From assembly GCA_045123185.1 (NCBI GenBank), contig JBGVIL010000020.1, forward strand, positions 19,715 through 83,714: 64,000 bases of DNA, read 5' to 3'. Made by a program: the position numbers and the translations under genes. The DNA is from Bacilli bacterium. GTDB lineage: Bacteria; Bacillota_I; Bacilli_A; ML615J-28; CAG-313. Positions 47,277-57,690 of the stretch are shown here, one piece after another. How positions within the stretch are numbered: position 1 is the first letter of the stretch; each line of letters starts with the position of its first letter. Under the pieces are notes generated by a model that was given only the letters and a program-made list of their open reading frames with translations, had not been told where the DNA came from and made no database searches.

Positions 47277-48476
47277 TCAAAATTGTCTATTTATTTTAAC
47301 AAACAAATCAGCATTTTCTAATATTGAATTATCAACTTCTATGATAAAAAAATGATATGTTAAGACTGTAAGTACGCCATATCCTGCAAAAGTAACAGAA
47401 ATAGTCATAGTATTGTTTTCTACTACTTTGACAACTTCTTCAAAAAACATTGATGAACCAGTTACACCAATAAATAAAATTAATGATTTATTTTCAAAAT
47501 CGTACGTTCTGTAATAGTCAAAGTATTCATTAAAATAACTATGTTTAATTAATCTTTGCCAAGTATCTATAATAATTGGATCGTCATAACCTGAAATATC
47601 TGTTAAATTTGTAGAAACAAAATACTTATACTCTGGAACATCATATTGATTAGTAATATTAACATCATTATGAACGACTTCAATATTATTCGCCATATTT
47701 AATATTTTATTATCAACCTCTATTATACATATATAACCAGTTTCATCTTTATATGTTTCCAAGCTATTTACATTTATTATTAAATTATTGCCTTCAACAA
47801 TTGTATTAATAAAAATATCATTCTCTTTACTTTTAGCATTTAGATAAAGTATGATTATGCTATTTAATTGAAAAAATTCTTCAGTATATTTCAAATTTCT
47901 AATATTTTTATATTCATCCAATGAATGTTCTGAAATATACTCATGATATTCATCATAAGTTCTTGTACATTGAACCATTCCGTTATAATAACCATATCTA
48001 CCATGAATATTTTGAACATGTGTTGTTGTATCATCAATATTGTTTTTTATTTCAATATCGTTTAAAATTATTTGAATATTATTAAATTTATCTATATAAC
48101 GATTGTCAAATTCTATCAAAAATAACATTGTAGAATTATATTTTGAATTACTATTATTTGTTTCAAAATCAAGAACTAAAGTGTTATTTTCAATTTTAAA
48201 GTATCGATATTCACAATTATCTGTACTAACTTTTGATAAGTAAACAACTACCAAAAAATTATTTTCAAAATATTCTAATTCATATTCGTTTGGTAATTGA
48301 TTTGCTAAAATAAAATTGCTATATGTTCCATGTGATAAAATAACTTCTGTTGATCCATTAAGTTCTTCGTTATAAGTTACATTATATGATTTATGTTCAA
48401 AAATTCTACTATTACTACATGAAGACAATACACCAACTAAAATCATAAGTAAATAGAATTTCATTAACTTTTTCAT
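47277..48476 (-). CDS. lipoprotein built from three related ~110-aa modules (possibly PrcB_C-like)
   Basis: Lipobox VLSSC. It contains three units of the form FF..N.LI.VYL....(E/V)(N/G)NTL.I......(F/I)I(E)(F/V)DN..I...N. Confidence 0.5.
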   Translation of the reverse strand: MKKLMKFYLLMILVGVLSSCSNSRIFEHKSYNVTYNEELNGSTEVILSHGTYSNFILANQLPNEYELEYFENNFLVVVYLSKVSTDNCEYRYFKIENNTLVLDFETNNSNSKYNSTMLFLIEFDNRYIDKFNNIQIILNDIEIKNNIDDTTTHVQNIHGRYGYYNGMVQCTRTYDEYHEYISEHSLDEYKNIRNLKYTEEFFQLNSIIILYLNAKSKENDIFINTIVEGNNLIINVNSLETYKDETGYICIIEVDNKILNMANNIEVVHNDVNITNQYDVPEYKYFVSTNLTDISGYDDPIIIDTWQRLIKHSYFNEYFDYYRTYDFENKSLILFIGVTGSSMFFEEVVKVVENNTMTISVTFAGYGVLTVLTYHFFIIEVDNSILENADLFVKINRQF

Positions 48477-48479
48477 TAT

Positions 48480-50459
48480 CTATTTTACCTCCGGATTATT
48501 CAAATCATAAAATAACAATGTTCCTTGTAAATAAGAATTAACATCTTCATTTACCAAGACAATTACACCGTTTGAGAGTATATAACTTCCATTCTTTGAT
48601 CTTAATGTTATTTCATTCATAATACCAATTCCACTACTAAATCCTATTTCTGCTAAACCATTACATAATATGCATTTGTTAGTACCCTGAATGACAGCAT
48701 GACCTTCCGTTTGAAATATATTACAACAACACAATTTTTTATGCATTCTGTTATTGTTCCATAAATATCTACAACAGTATTCATGATTGTGCAATTGAAC
48801 ATTCATTTCTATATAATTATTTTGTACATTATTATCAGAATATACTATTATATAATATGTACCCAAAGACAAATTTAAATATATTTTAGTAAGATTGCTA
48901 ACGCTATTTGTATGAGTATGTATATCAATTAAGTTTAAATTTTCATCCAAAATAAACACATTTATATTTAAATCACTTGTTATTAGAATATCATATAAAT
49001 TTAAATTATTCACATTTATTTTTAAAATTTTATTTTTATCATGAAAATTAGAACCATTATTTTCTATTACAGTTTCGTAATATAAATTTTCATTAAGTAT
49101 AAAAGAGTTATTACTTATGTTTTGTTCTAATAATGCTTTAACGCTTCCAAGAATATTAATTTTTTTTACGTTCATTGATTCAGAATTTAAATCCAAATTA
49201 TTTAAAGTCATCTCATGATCAATAGCGTTATCTAATATTAAATTTTTTAAATCATGAATAGAAAGATTAGAGTTTATCGACATTAACATCGCACATAAAC
49301 CAGTAACAATTGGTGCAGCCATTGATGTTCCACTTTTATATGAATAACTGTCCGAATTTGTACTATAAACATTTTCTCCAATTGCATATATATCTACATT
49401 TTGTTGCCCATAATTTGAAGAATAATTTCCTAATAATTGATTATCGATATTATTATTTACCCATCTTGAACCATCCCTAGCAATAGCACCAACACATATT
49501 ATATTATTTAAATTTAAACAGGCTGGATAAAATAGTTGTGTATCTATATTATATCCGTTATTTCCTGATGAACAAATAAAAATACCATTATATTCTGATA
49601 TAACTTCTTCTAGTAAACGGTAATCTATATACTCTTTAAGCCATCCACCACTAAAATTTAATATTTTAATTTTTTTAAATTCTGCGTACTTTATTGCTGA
49701 TATAAAATAGGAAGAATCAATTTCTCTATTATTTGTAACTTTTAAAGAAACAAGTTGAATATTAGGAGTGATTCCAGAGGTGTGATTATTTTCATTGTAA
49801 TCAGCAGCAATTATTCCCGCAACATGAGTACCATGACCATATGTATCAATCAACGCTGTTGAATCTTCTGAATTACTAACAGTAAAATCTTTGCTCAGTT
49901 GAGTATCAATTGAATTTGTTAATTTTGGATGACTACCATTAATTCCTGAATCTATTATTCCAACTTTTACTTCTGATGATCCAGTGGTTATATTCCAACA
50001 TTGAATAAGATTTAATTCATCAATAAACCATTGTCCGTCATTTGTACCTATTGTAGGCATATTTGGATCAATTTGATTGTTTAAAATGTAGTTTGGTTCC
50101 GAATATAAAACATCTGATCTATTATTTAATTTTTCAATAGCTTCTATTACATAGCTTTTAGATGAGTTTTCTAATTCAATACATAAAATTCTATTACATT
50201 TTTCATCCCTTTTTTCAGAATCATAACTTATTTCAGTCACATTATTACAATCTATTTCATTAAAATCATATTCAGTATAAGTTTTATAATTAATTAAGGG
50301 ATCATTTTTTAATACAACAATTACTTTATCATCAGCAAAATTTATATTATTAATATTAGATTTTAAATAAGATAAATTTGATTGTTGAAAAGAAGTAATA
50401 CTGTTCAAATTAATTATTAACAAACAAAATAAAACTATTAAAAATATTTTTTTTATCAT
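48480..50459 (-). CDS. secreted subtilisin-like (S8) serine protease with a Cys-rich C-terminal extension
   Basis: Signal peptide present. Catalytic blocks are VGIIDSGI, GHGTHVAG and SGTSMAAP. The tail is HNHEYCCRYLW...KLCCCNIF...KCILCNG. Confidence 0.85.
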   Translation of the reverse strand: MIKKIFLIVLFCLLIINLNSITSFQQSNLSYLKSNINNINFADDKVIVVLKNDPLINYKTYTEYDFNEIDCNNVTEISYDSEKRDEKCNRILCIELENSSKSYVIEAIEKLNNRSDVLYSEPNYILNNQIDPNMPTIGTNDGQWFIDELNLIQCWNITTGSSEVKVGIIDSGINGSHPKLTNSIDTQLSKDFTVSNSEDSTALIDTYGHGTHVAGIIAADYNENNHTSGITPNIQLVSLKVTNNREIDSSYFISAIKYAEFKKIKILNFSGGWLKEYIDYRLLEEVISEYNGIFICSSGNNGYNIDTQLFYPACLNLNNIICVGAIARDGSRWVNNNIDNQLLGNYSSNYGQQNVDIYAIGENVYSTNSDSYSYKSGTSMAAPIVTGLCAMLMSINSNLSIHDLKNLILDNAIDHEMTLNNLDLNSESMNVKKINILGSVKALLEQNISNNSFILNENLYYETVIENNGSNFHDKNKILKINVNNLNLYDILITSDLNINVFILDENLNLIDIHTHTNSVSNLTKIYLNLSLGTYYIIVYSDNNVQNNYIEMNVQLHNHEYCCRYLWNNNRMHKKLCCCNIFQTEGHAVIQGTNKCILCNGLAEIGFSSGIGIMNEITLRSKNGSYILSNGVIVLVNEDVNSYLQGTLLFYDLNNPEVK

Positions 50460-50516
50460 ATATATTTCCTTTTAATTTTTCAGTACTGCCTTTAATTGTA
50501 CAATACAAAAATATTA

Positions 50517-51338
50517 TTAATTACTTATCTTTACTTTATATGTCGTAACATCAGTTACTTTTTCTCCATCAATATGAAGAGTAAGAGGAATGTTACTTGT
50601 TACTTCAATTGTTTTACCAGTATAAACAATAAATGATTCAGTATTTTCTAAATGATTCTTTTTAAAGATTTTAGAAAATAATTTTAGTGCTTTTAACTTA
50701 GATTTTTGTGTAAAAACAATTAAAGAAACATCACCAGTAGTTCTGTCTTGTAATGGCGATAGCATCATTCCACTACCGTTGTATCTACCTTTCATACAAG
50801 ACGCAAACCATACATTTGAATGAACATATGTTTTTCCATCAACAATAATTGTGGTATTAAAAGGTTTAGTTTTTAAAATACCTCGTTTTCCAATTTTTTT
50901 ATAATCAACTTTTTTATTTTCTTTTTTTAGTTTATCTTCCATTAAACAACAATATCCGTCTAAACCAAAACCAATACCATTAATAAAATATTTATCTAAT
51001 TCTTTAACTTCAACTTTTGGAAGATTATTAATATATGGATTTAATAATACTTCATCATCATACTTTTCAATATCATTAATAAAGTCATTCGCATGACCAT
51101 TTGTTCTTAAATACACATTGTTTTTAAGTAAAATATCATCAATTGCGTTAACAAAATAATTTACTGTTCCATCTCCACCAACTAGCACAATTTCATCATC
51201 TTCTTTTAAAGAGGAAACAAATTCTTCATGATTGAATACATCAGTTTCAATAACTTCACATGTAGTAGGATCTAACTTATCTAGAAATTCTGGTCTATTT
51301 TTATTTTTTGATAATGGGTTATATAAATAGTACTTCAT
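50517..51338 (-). CDS. diacylglycerol/lipid kinase family protein (YegS/DagK-like)
   Basis: VLVGGDGTVNYF catalytic-domain motif. Start preferred at 51338 (AAGGAG SD upstream). Confidence 0.7.
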   Translation of the reverse strand: MKYYLYNPLSKNKNRPEFLDKLDPTTCEVIETDVFNHEEFVSSLKEDDEIVLVGGDGTVNYFVNAIDDILLKNNVYLRTNGHANDFINDIEKYDDEVLLNPYINNLPKVEVKELDKYFINGIGFGLDGYCCLMEDKLKKENKKVDYKKIGKRGILKTKPFNTTIIVDGKTYVHSNVWFASCMKGRYNGSGMMLSPLQDRTTGDVSLIVFTQKSKLKALKLFSKIFKKNHLENTESFIVYTGKTIEVTSNIPLTLHIDGEKVTDVTTYKVKISN

Positions 51339-51411
51339 ATTTTTCTCCTTCTTACATACCATCTTGCATTATTATACCACTTTATTATGTTGTTTTACAA
51401 GAAAAATATAT

Positions 51412-51444
51412 ATTTAACAAAAAAGGGTCAGTATACTGACCCTT
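51412..51444 (-). terminator. rho-independent terminator after hydA
   Basis: Stem AAGGGTCAG/CTGACCCTT followed by a T6 run on the minus strand. Confidence 0.85.
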
Positions 51445-51449
51445 AATTA

Positions 51450-53225
51450 TTATTCTTCATTTTTTGGAAAACGAACTTTTCCAGAATATGTAGTATGTAA
51501 TAATTCATGTGCTTTATGAGAATTTGGTTTACCTAAATATTCTTTGTATAAAGCTTGAATTTGTGTGTTATTGTGAGATTGACGTAAAGCTTGTCTTTCA
51601 TCTTCAGAATATAAAGCTTGTGCACGTAATTCTTTGTAAGTATCTAAGATGTTAGTATCTTCATTTGGTAAGAACATTGGTTTAACAAATGGTTGTCCAC
51701 CACCATTGATACATCCACCAGGACAACCCATGATTTCGATAAATGTATATGGACTATTTCCTTCACGGATTTGGTCTAATAATACTTTAGCGTTTTTCAT
51801 ACCACTAGCGATTGCAACTTTTAATTCTTTACCAGCAATTTCAAGACTAGCTTCTTTTAATCCTTTCATACCACGAACAGCTTCGAATTTGATAGCTTCG
51901 TGTTCTTTACCAGTTAGTACATAGTATGCAGTTCTTAAAGCTGCTTCCATAACACCACCAGTAGTACCGAAGATTACACCAGCACCTGTGTATTCACCCA
52001 TAATGTCTTGGTCAAATTCTTCATCAGGAAGTTTGTTGAAGTTAATACCAGAACGTTTGATAAGTTTAGCAAGTTCACGAGTAGTTAAAACTGCATCAAC
52101 ATCTCTGATTCCATCAACTTCCATTTCTTTACGATCTTTTTCATATTTTTTAGCTGTACAAGGCATGATTGATACAACGAAAATATTCTTTGGATCAATA
52201 CCTTGTTTTTCAGCAAAGTATGATTTAATAATAGCACCTTGCATTTGGTGAGGAGATTTACAACTTGATAAGTGGTCTAATTGATCTGCATAATAGTATT
52301 CAGCATAGTTAACCCAACCTGGTGAACAAGAAGTGATCATTGGTAATACACCATTGTTTTCAATTCTTGATAAAAGTTCAGTTGCTTCTTCCATGATTGT
52401 TAAGTCAGCAGCGAAGTTAGTATCATAAACTCTGTCGAATCCAAGTCTCTTTAATGCTGCAACCATTTTACCAGTTACAGGAGTACCAATCTTCATACCG
52501 AATTCTTCACCTAAAGCAGCACGAACAGCTGGAGCTGTTTGAACAACTAAATATTTACCAGCTTTTTTAGCTTCGTCAATTAAGCTAATTTCTGATTTTT
52601 CCATTAGTGCACCTGTTGGACAAACGTTAACACATTGACCACATAAGATACATGGAGATTCACCGAATGAACGGTTTTCAGCTGGAGATACGATAGTATT
52701 GAAACCACGTTTTTCAAATCCTAAAATACCAGTTCCGTGAGCAGATACGCATCTTGCAACACATCTACCACAAAGGATACATTTAGAAGTATCACGAATG
52801 ATTGATGGAGTTAATTGATCAATTGTAACTGGTGTTTTAGCACCTTGGAATTTACCTTCTCTTGCACCAGTGATTTGGGCAACGTATAGTAATTCACAGT
52901 GACCGTTTTTGTCACATTGTTGACAGTTTTGATTATGGTTAGAAAGTAATAATTCAACACTTGCACGACGAGCTGCAGTTGCTTTTGGAGTAGAAATTTT
53001 AATTTCCATTCCTTCTGCTACAGGATATACACAAGATGCAACAAGTCCTCTTGCACCTGTAACTTCAACTAAACATACACGACAAGATGCTAAACTACAT
53101 TCACCATGATTAAAAGCACAAAGAGATGGAATTTCATAACCACATTCTCTTGCGGCTTCAAGAATTGTTAAGCCTTCTTCAACTTGATAAGAATGACCTT
53201 CGATTTTAATATTTACTAATGCCAT
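51450..53225 (-). CDS. hydA: [FeFe]-hydrogenase catalytic subunit (HydA of a trimeric HydABC-type enzyme)
   Basis: N-terminal 2Fe-2S and multiple 4Fe-4S Cys motifs. H-cluster motifs are L1 TSCSPGW (a variant of TSCCP), L2 MPCTAKKYE and L3 EIMGCPGGCINGGGQP. Confidence 0.9.
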   Translation of the reverse strand: MALVNIKIEGHSYQVEEGLTILEAARECGYEIPSLCAFNHGECSLASCRVCLVEVTGARGLVASCVYPVAEGMEIKISTPKATAARRASVELLLSNHNQNCQQCDKNGHCELLYVAQITGAREGKFQGAKTPVTIDQLTPSIIRDTSKCILCGRCVARCVSAHGTGILGFEKRGFNTIVSPAENRSFGESPCILCGQCVNVCPTGALMEKSEISLIDEAKKAGKYLVVQTAPAVRAALGEEFGMKIGTPVTGKMVAALKRLGFDRVYDTNFAADLTIMEEATELLSRIENNGVLPMITSCSPGWVNYAEYYYADQLDHLSSCKSPHQMQGAIIKSYFAEKQGIDPKNIFVVSIMPCTAKKYEKDRKEMEVDGIRDVDAVLTTRELAKLIKRSGINFNKLPDEEFDQDIMGEYTGAGVIFGTTGGVMEAALRTAYYVLTGKEHEAIKFEAVRGMKGLKEASLEIAGKELKVAIASGMKNAKVLLDQIREGNSPYTFIEIMGCPGGCINGGGQPFVKPMFLPNEDTNILDTYKELRAQALYSEDERQALRQSHNNTQIQALYKEYLGKPNSHKAHELLHTTYSGKVRFPKNEE

Positions 53226-53243
53226 ATTATGATTCCTCCCTTA

Positions 53244-55109
53244 TTATTTCTTAATGATTGCTTTAAATCTACATGCTGATTCACATAGACCACACTTGAT
53301 ACACTTGTTTTGATCGATAACATATACTTCTTTACCAGGTGTTCCTGAAATAGCTCCTACTGGACAGTTACGAGCACATAATGAACATTTCTTACAAAGT
53401 TCTGGAACAACATAGTATTGAGTTAGTTTCTTACAAATATGTGCAGGACAAGTTTTATCAACGATGTGTGCAATATATTCATCTTTAAATTGTTTCATTG
53501 TAGATACAACTGGGTTAGCAGCAGTTTGTCCTAAACCACATAATGAGTTAGCTTGAACTGTGTATGATAATTCTTCAAGTTCAGCTAAGTCTTCCATAGT
53601 ACCTTTACCTTCAGTAATCTTATCTAAGATTTCTAACATACGTTTAGTACCGATACGACATGGAGAACATTTACCACATGATTCATCACAAATAAATTCC
53701 ATATAGAATTTAGCAACGTCAACCATACAGTTGTCTTCATCCATTACGATAGCTCCACCAGAACCCATCATTGAGCCAAGTGCCACTAAGTTATCATAAT
53801 CGATTGGAGTATCTAAGTCTTTTGCTGTTAAGCATCCACCTGATGGACCACCAGTTTGAATAGCTTTAAATTGTTTACCATTTGGAATACCTCCACCGAT
53901 ATCATAGATTAATTCGCGAAGAGTTGTTCCCATTGGAATTTCAACAAGACCTACGTTATTAACTTTACCACCAAGGGCAAATACTTTTGTACCTTTAGAT
54001 TTTTCAGTACCAACAGATGCAAATTCTTCTGCACCATTTCTTAAGATGTAAGGAACACAAGCAAGTGTTTCTACGTTATTGATAATTGTTGGTTGTCCCC
54101 ATAAACCTTTAACAGCTGGGAATGGTGGACGAGGACGAGGCATACCACGTTTACCTTCAATTGAGTTTAATAATGCTGTTTCTTCACCACAAACGAATGC
54201 ACCAGCACCTAAACGAATATGAACGTCGAAGTTGAATCCTGATCCTAAAATATTTTCACCAAGTAGACCTAATTCTCTAGCTTGTTTGATAGCCATTCTT
54301 AAACGATCTACAGCGATTGGATATTCAGCACGTACATAGAAGTAACCATTTTGAGCACCAATTGCATAACCAGCAATAGCCATACCTTCGATAACAGCTA
54401 ATGGGTTACCTTCTAAGATTGAACGGTCCATGAATGCACCTGGGTCACCTTCGTCACCGTTACAAACTACGTATTTTTCATCACTCTTAGAGTTTAATGC
54501 AAATTGCCATTTTCTACCAGTTGGGAAACCACCGCCTCCACGACCACGTAGACCTGATTTTAAAACTTCATCAATAACTTCTTGTTGAGTCATTTTTAAA
54601 GCTTTTTGAAGCCCAACATAAGCACCATCACCTAAAGCTTCATTAATGTCTTCAGGATTGATTGTTCCACATCCATGAAGTGAAACACGTTTTTGTTTTT
54701 TGTAGAAGTTAATATCTTCTTGTTTTTGTACTTTTTCACCAGTAGTTGGATCAACGTATAATAATCTTTCAACAATTTGTCCACCTAAAATATCAGTGTT
54801 GAAAATTTCTTCAACATCTTCAGGTGATACACCACGATATAGTGTATCTTCTGGGAAAATTTTAACGAATGGCCCTTGGCTACAGAAACCAAAGCATCCA
54901 ACTTTATTTACAGTTACTTTATCTTGTAAATTATTTTGTTCAATTAAAGCTTCAAATTTAGCTAAGATTTCTAATGAGTTACTTGAAATACATCCAGTAC
55001 CACCACAGATAATAATAGCACGTTTTCCACCTTCACCATTAAATTTCTTTTCTAAGCATGACTTACATGAAGAAATCTTTGTTGCTAATTCTTGTTCAGT
55101 TCTAATCAT
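53244..55109 (-). CDS. hydB: NuoF-like NAD(P)H/FMN-binding hydrogenase subunit
   Basis: GRGGGGFPTGRKW (FMN/NADH site), a SLBB/4Fe-4S block and two C-terminal ferredoxin CxxCxxCxxxC motifs; 621 aa. Confidence 0.9.
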   Translation of the reverse strand: MIRTEQELATKISSCKSCLEKKFNGEGGKRAIIICGGTGCISSNSLEILAKFEALIEQNNLQDKVTVNKVGCFGFCSQGPFVKIFPEDTLYRGVSPEDVEEIFNTDILGGQIVERLLYVDPTTGEKVQKQEDINFYKKQKRVSLHGCGTINPEDINEALGDGAYVGLQKALKMTQQEVIDEVLKSGLRGRGGGGFPTGRKWQFALNSKSDEKYVVCNGDEGDPGAFMDRSILEGNPLAVIEGMAIAGYAIGAQNGYFYVRAEYPIAVDRLRMAIKQARELGLLGENILGSGFNFDVHIRLGAGAFVCGEETALLNSIEGKRGMPRPRPPFPAVKGLWGQPTIINNVETLACVPYILRNGAEEFASVGTEKSKGTKVFALGGKVNNVGLVEIPMGTTLRELIYDIGGGIPNGKQFKAIQTGGPSGGCLTAKDLDTPIDYDNLVALGSMMGSGGAIVMDEDNCMVDVAKFYMEFICDESCGKCSPCRIGTKRMLEILDKITEGKGTMEDLAELEELSYTVQANSLCGLGQTAANPVVSTMKQFKDEYIAHIVDKTCPAHICKKLTQYYVVPELCKKCSLCARNCPVGAISGTPGKEVYVIDQNKCIKCGLCESACRFKAIIKK

Positions 55110-55597
55110 TAGTTAGCTCCTCCTAATTTGCGATATTCATCAACAATTTTTGGTACATCTGCAATTGCAACTTTTGGATAAACTTTACCATTAATTGTAA
55201 GAGCAGGCGCGATACCACAAGCACCGATACAACGTAATGCATCTAGTGTGAATAGACCGTCTTCAGATGTTTCACCTGGTTTAATATTTAAAAGTTCTGA
55301 GAATTTGTCAATAACTTGTTGAGAACCTTTAACGTAACATGCAGTTCCTAAACATACACCAATAACGTATTTTCCTTTTGGAGTTAATGAGAAGAAAGAA
55401 TAGAATGTTACTACACCATAAATTTCTGCTACAGGAATACCTGTTTTTTCAGAAATTAATTCTTGAACATCAAGTGGAATATATCCGAATTCTTTTTGAA
55501 TCGCACTAAGGATCATCATTAGTGGAGTTCTTTCATCTTGATATCTTTCAATGATTTCATTAATTTGCTTTACAGCATTTGCACTTAAATGAGCCAT
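55109..55597 (-). CDS. hydC: NuoE-like thioredoxin-like [2Fe-2S] hydrogenase subunit
   Basis: CLGTACYVKG...CIGACGIAP Cys pattern. Start preferred at 55597 (GGAGGT SD upstream). Confidence 0.85.
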   Translation of the reverse strand: MAHLSANAVKQINEIIERYQDERTPLMMILSAIQKEFGYIPLDVQELISEKTGIPVAEIYGVVTFYSFFSLTPKGKYVIGVCLGTACYVKGSQQVIDKFSELLNIKPGETSEDGLFTLDALRCIGACGIAPALTINGKVYPKVAIADVPKIVDEYRKLGGAN

Positions 55598-55648
55598 ACT
55601 TACCTCCATATTTACTATAAATTTATTTGCATAAATCGCTCGCTTATT

Positions 55649-55677
55649 ATTATACCAAAATAACACTTTTTTTGCAA
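55649..55677 (-). promoter_or_regulatory. near-consensus promoter of hydCBA
   Basis: On the minus strand: TTGCAA, a 17-nt spacer, then TGGTATAAT (extended -10). Confidence 0.6.
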
Positions 55678-55721
55678 GTCGATAATTAAATGTTTTTTAA
55701 TTTGGAAAATATTACATCCTA

Positions 55722-55759
55722 CAAAAATAAAAAAAACAAAACTATAAAAGTTTTGTTTT
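55722..55759 (-). terminator. AU-rich terminator hairpin upstream of the hyd promoter
   Basis: Stem AAAACAAAACT/AGTTTTGTTTT followed by a long T-run on the minus strand. Confidence 0.5.
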
Positions 55760-55775
55760 AGGAAAAATTTGCTTA

Positions 55776-56171
55776 TTAAATTTCTGAATGAGCCGCAATA
55801 TAATCAAGAAAAATTTCATGATGAATTGGTGTTAATCTTAACTTGCAAATTTCATCAATTGTATAAAATCCGGCATTACGACTTTTAGGAATTTTATAAT
55901 TTGGTGATATCTTACATATATATGAATGAGTCACAACTTCGATTGAAAGTTGAGAGTATGGAACCTTTACAAACTCAACTATATCTGTAATTTCTGCTTT
56001 TAATTTTTGTCTTACTTTTTCTTTTAAAAGATCTATTGCTTCATCAAAATTGAAGGCCGGAAAAGTGATAAAATTCCAAAGATCATATATATTATCTTTG
56101 TTATCATGTTCACAATAAATCTTGTCACCATCAACTATTAATCCGCATATCACATTAATTTGTCTTTCCAT
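55776..56171 (-). CDS. hypothetical protein, possibly a Nudix-fold (MutT-like) protein without a clear Nudix box
   Basis: 131 aa. An N-terminal VICGLIVDGDKIY beta-strand pattern resembles MutT-like proteins, but no GX5EX7REUXEE motif is seen. Confidence 0.25.
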   Translation of the reverse strand: MERQINVICGLIVDGDKIYCEHDNKDNIYDLWNFITFPAFNFDEAIDLLKEKVRQKLKAEITDIVEFVKVPYSQLSIEVVTHSYICKISPNYKIPKSRNAGFYTIDEICKLRLTPIHHEIFLDYIAAHSEI

Positions 56172-56172
56172 T

Positions 56173-56805
56173 TTATCTTATTTTATCGATAGCTGTTTGA
56201 TAATCACTACTTGAAAAAACATAACTCCCCGCAACAACTATTTCACAGCCAACCCCTTTCACTAATTTTGCTGTTTGTTCGTTTATTCCGCCATCTACTT
56301 CAATTAGATATTTATAGTTAAATACTTTCTTCTTATTCACTAAATACTCTATTTTTGATAGGGCAGATTCCATAAATTTTTGTCCACCTTTTCCAGGTTC
56401 AACACTCATTACAAGTACTAAATCTAAATAAGGTAACATTTCATCAAGTACTCGAACATCAGTACCTGGCTTAATTGAAAGTCCAATTAGACAATCATCT
56501 TTTTTATTTTTTAAATATTCTAAAATATTTTCTTTCGTTTCGGCTTCATAATGAAATGTTAAATATGTTGTGTATGGAACATATTTATGAAGCTCTTTAA
56601 GTGGATCTTTAATCATTAAATGTGTATCAAAGATTTTGTCACTCTTAATTGTTTTAATAAACTGTTCGTCAAATGTTTTGTTACTAACAAAGTGTCCATC
56701 CATTACATCAAGATGAATGTACTCTGCGTCTGTTTGATTTAATTTATTGATTTCTTCTTCTTTTCTAGAAAAATCCATTGATAAAATTGATGGAGAAACT
56801 TTCAT
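56173..56805 (-). CDS. rpe: ribulose-phosphate 3-epimerase
   Basis: PSILSMDF, HLDVMDGHFV and MSVEPGKGGQKF blocks. Confidence 0.95.
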   Translation of the reverse strand: MKVSPSILSMDFSRKEEEINKLNQTDAEYIHLDVMDGHFVSNKTFDEQFIKTIKSDKIFDTHLMIKDPLKELHKYVPYTTYLTFHYEAETKENILEYLKNKKDDCLIGLSIKPGTDVRVLDEMLPYLDLVLVMSVEPGKGGQKFMESALSKIEYLVNKKKVFNYKYLIEVDGGINEQTAKLVKGVGCEIVVAGSYVFSSSDYQTAIDKIR

Positions 56806-56811
56806 TTTAAA

Positions 56812-57690
56812 TCACCACTTTCTTAGTTTTTTACATTCTTCAATAAATTGTAAATAGTTTGTGTAACGTGTTTTTAAAATTTCACCTGAGTCAAGTTTGG
56901 CCTTTACCATACAATGTGGTTCTTTAATATGTAAACAACCATTGTATTTACACTCTTTAGAGTACTCGAAAAACTCTTTAAAACTATGCATTATGTCAAT
57001 TTCTGCAAATCCTGAAAAATCCATTGTTCCAAATCCTGGTGTGTCGGCGACCAGTCCTTCACTTAGTTCTAATAACTCAACATGACGAGTTGTATGTTTA
57101 CCACGTCCAAGGGCTTTAGATATTTCATTAGTCTTAAGTGTAAGGTTTGGATACAAATAATTTAATAGACTGCTTTTACCAACACCACTTTGTCCAGTTA
57201 GAACACTAACTTTTCCTTTAAATAAACTGCTAATTTGTTTATTATCAAAAGTATCTAGTTTGGTCGATACTTTATAGCATTGGTAACCTAATGATTTATA
57301 GTAATTAAATACTTTTTCCATTTCTTCAACTTTGTCTAACAAATCCCATTTAGAAAATAAAATAATCGCATCAATATTATTAAATTCTAGTATAGTTAAA
57401 AAACGATCTAATAAATTATCGTTAAAGCTAGGTTCTAATACACTCATTACAACAATAGCTTGATCGATATTACTGATGGCTGGTCTGACTAAATCGTTTT
57501 TTCGATCATGAATTTTGGTAATATAAATTTGATTATCTGGAAGTTTATCATATTCAACAATGTCCCCAACTTTTGGACTCATCTTTTTATATCTAAAAAG
57601 ACCTGTTGCTTTACCTGATAAAACTTCTTTGGTTTCTAAATCTTGAATCTTATATAAATCAGCAAGTAAAGATATAATTCTTGCAGTCAC
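56812..57690 (-). CDS. rsgA: ribosome small-subunit-dependent GTPase A
   Basis: GQSGVGKSSLLN P-loop, DTPGF, and the zinc motif CxHxxEPxC (CLHIKEPHC). Confidence 0.95.
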   Translation of the reverse strand: MTARIISLLADLYKIQDLETKEVLSGKATGLFRYKKMSPKVGDIVEYDKLPDNQIYITKIHDRKNDLVRPAISNIDQAIVVMSVLEPSFNDNLLDRFLTILEFNNIDAIILFSKWDLLDKVEEMEKVFNYYKSLGYQCYKVSTKLDTFDNKQISSLFKGKVSVLTGQSGVGKSSLLNYLYPNLTLKTNEISKALGRGKHTTRHVELLELSEGLVADTPGFGTMDFSGFAEIDIMHSFKEFFEYSKECKYNGCLHIKEPHCMVKAKLDSGEILKTRYTNYLQFIEECKKLRKW

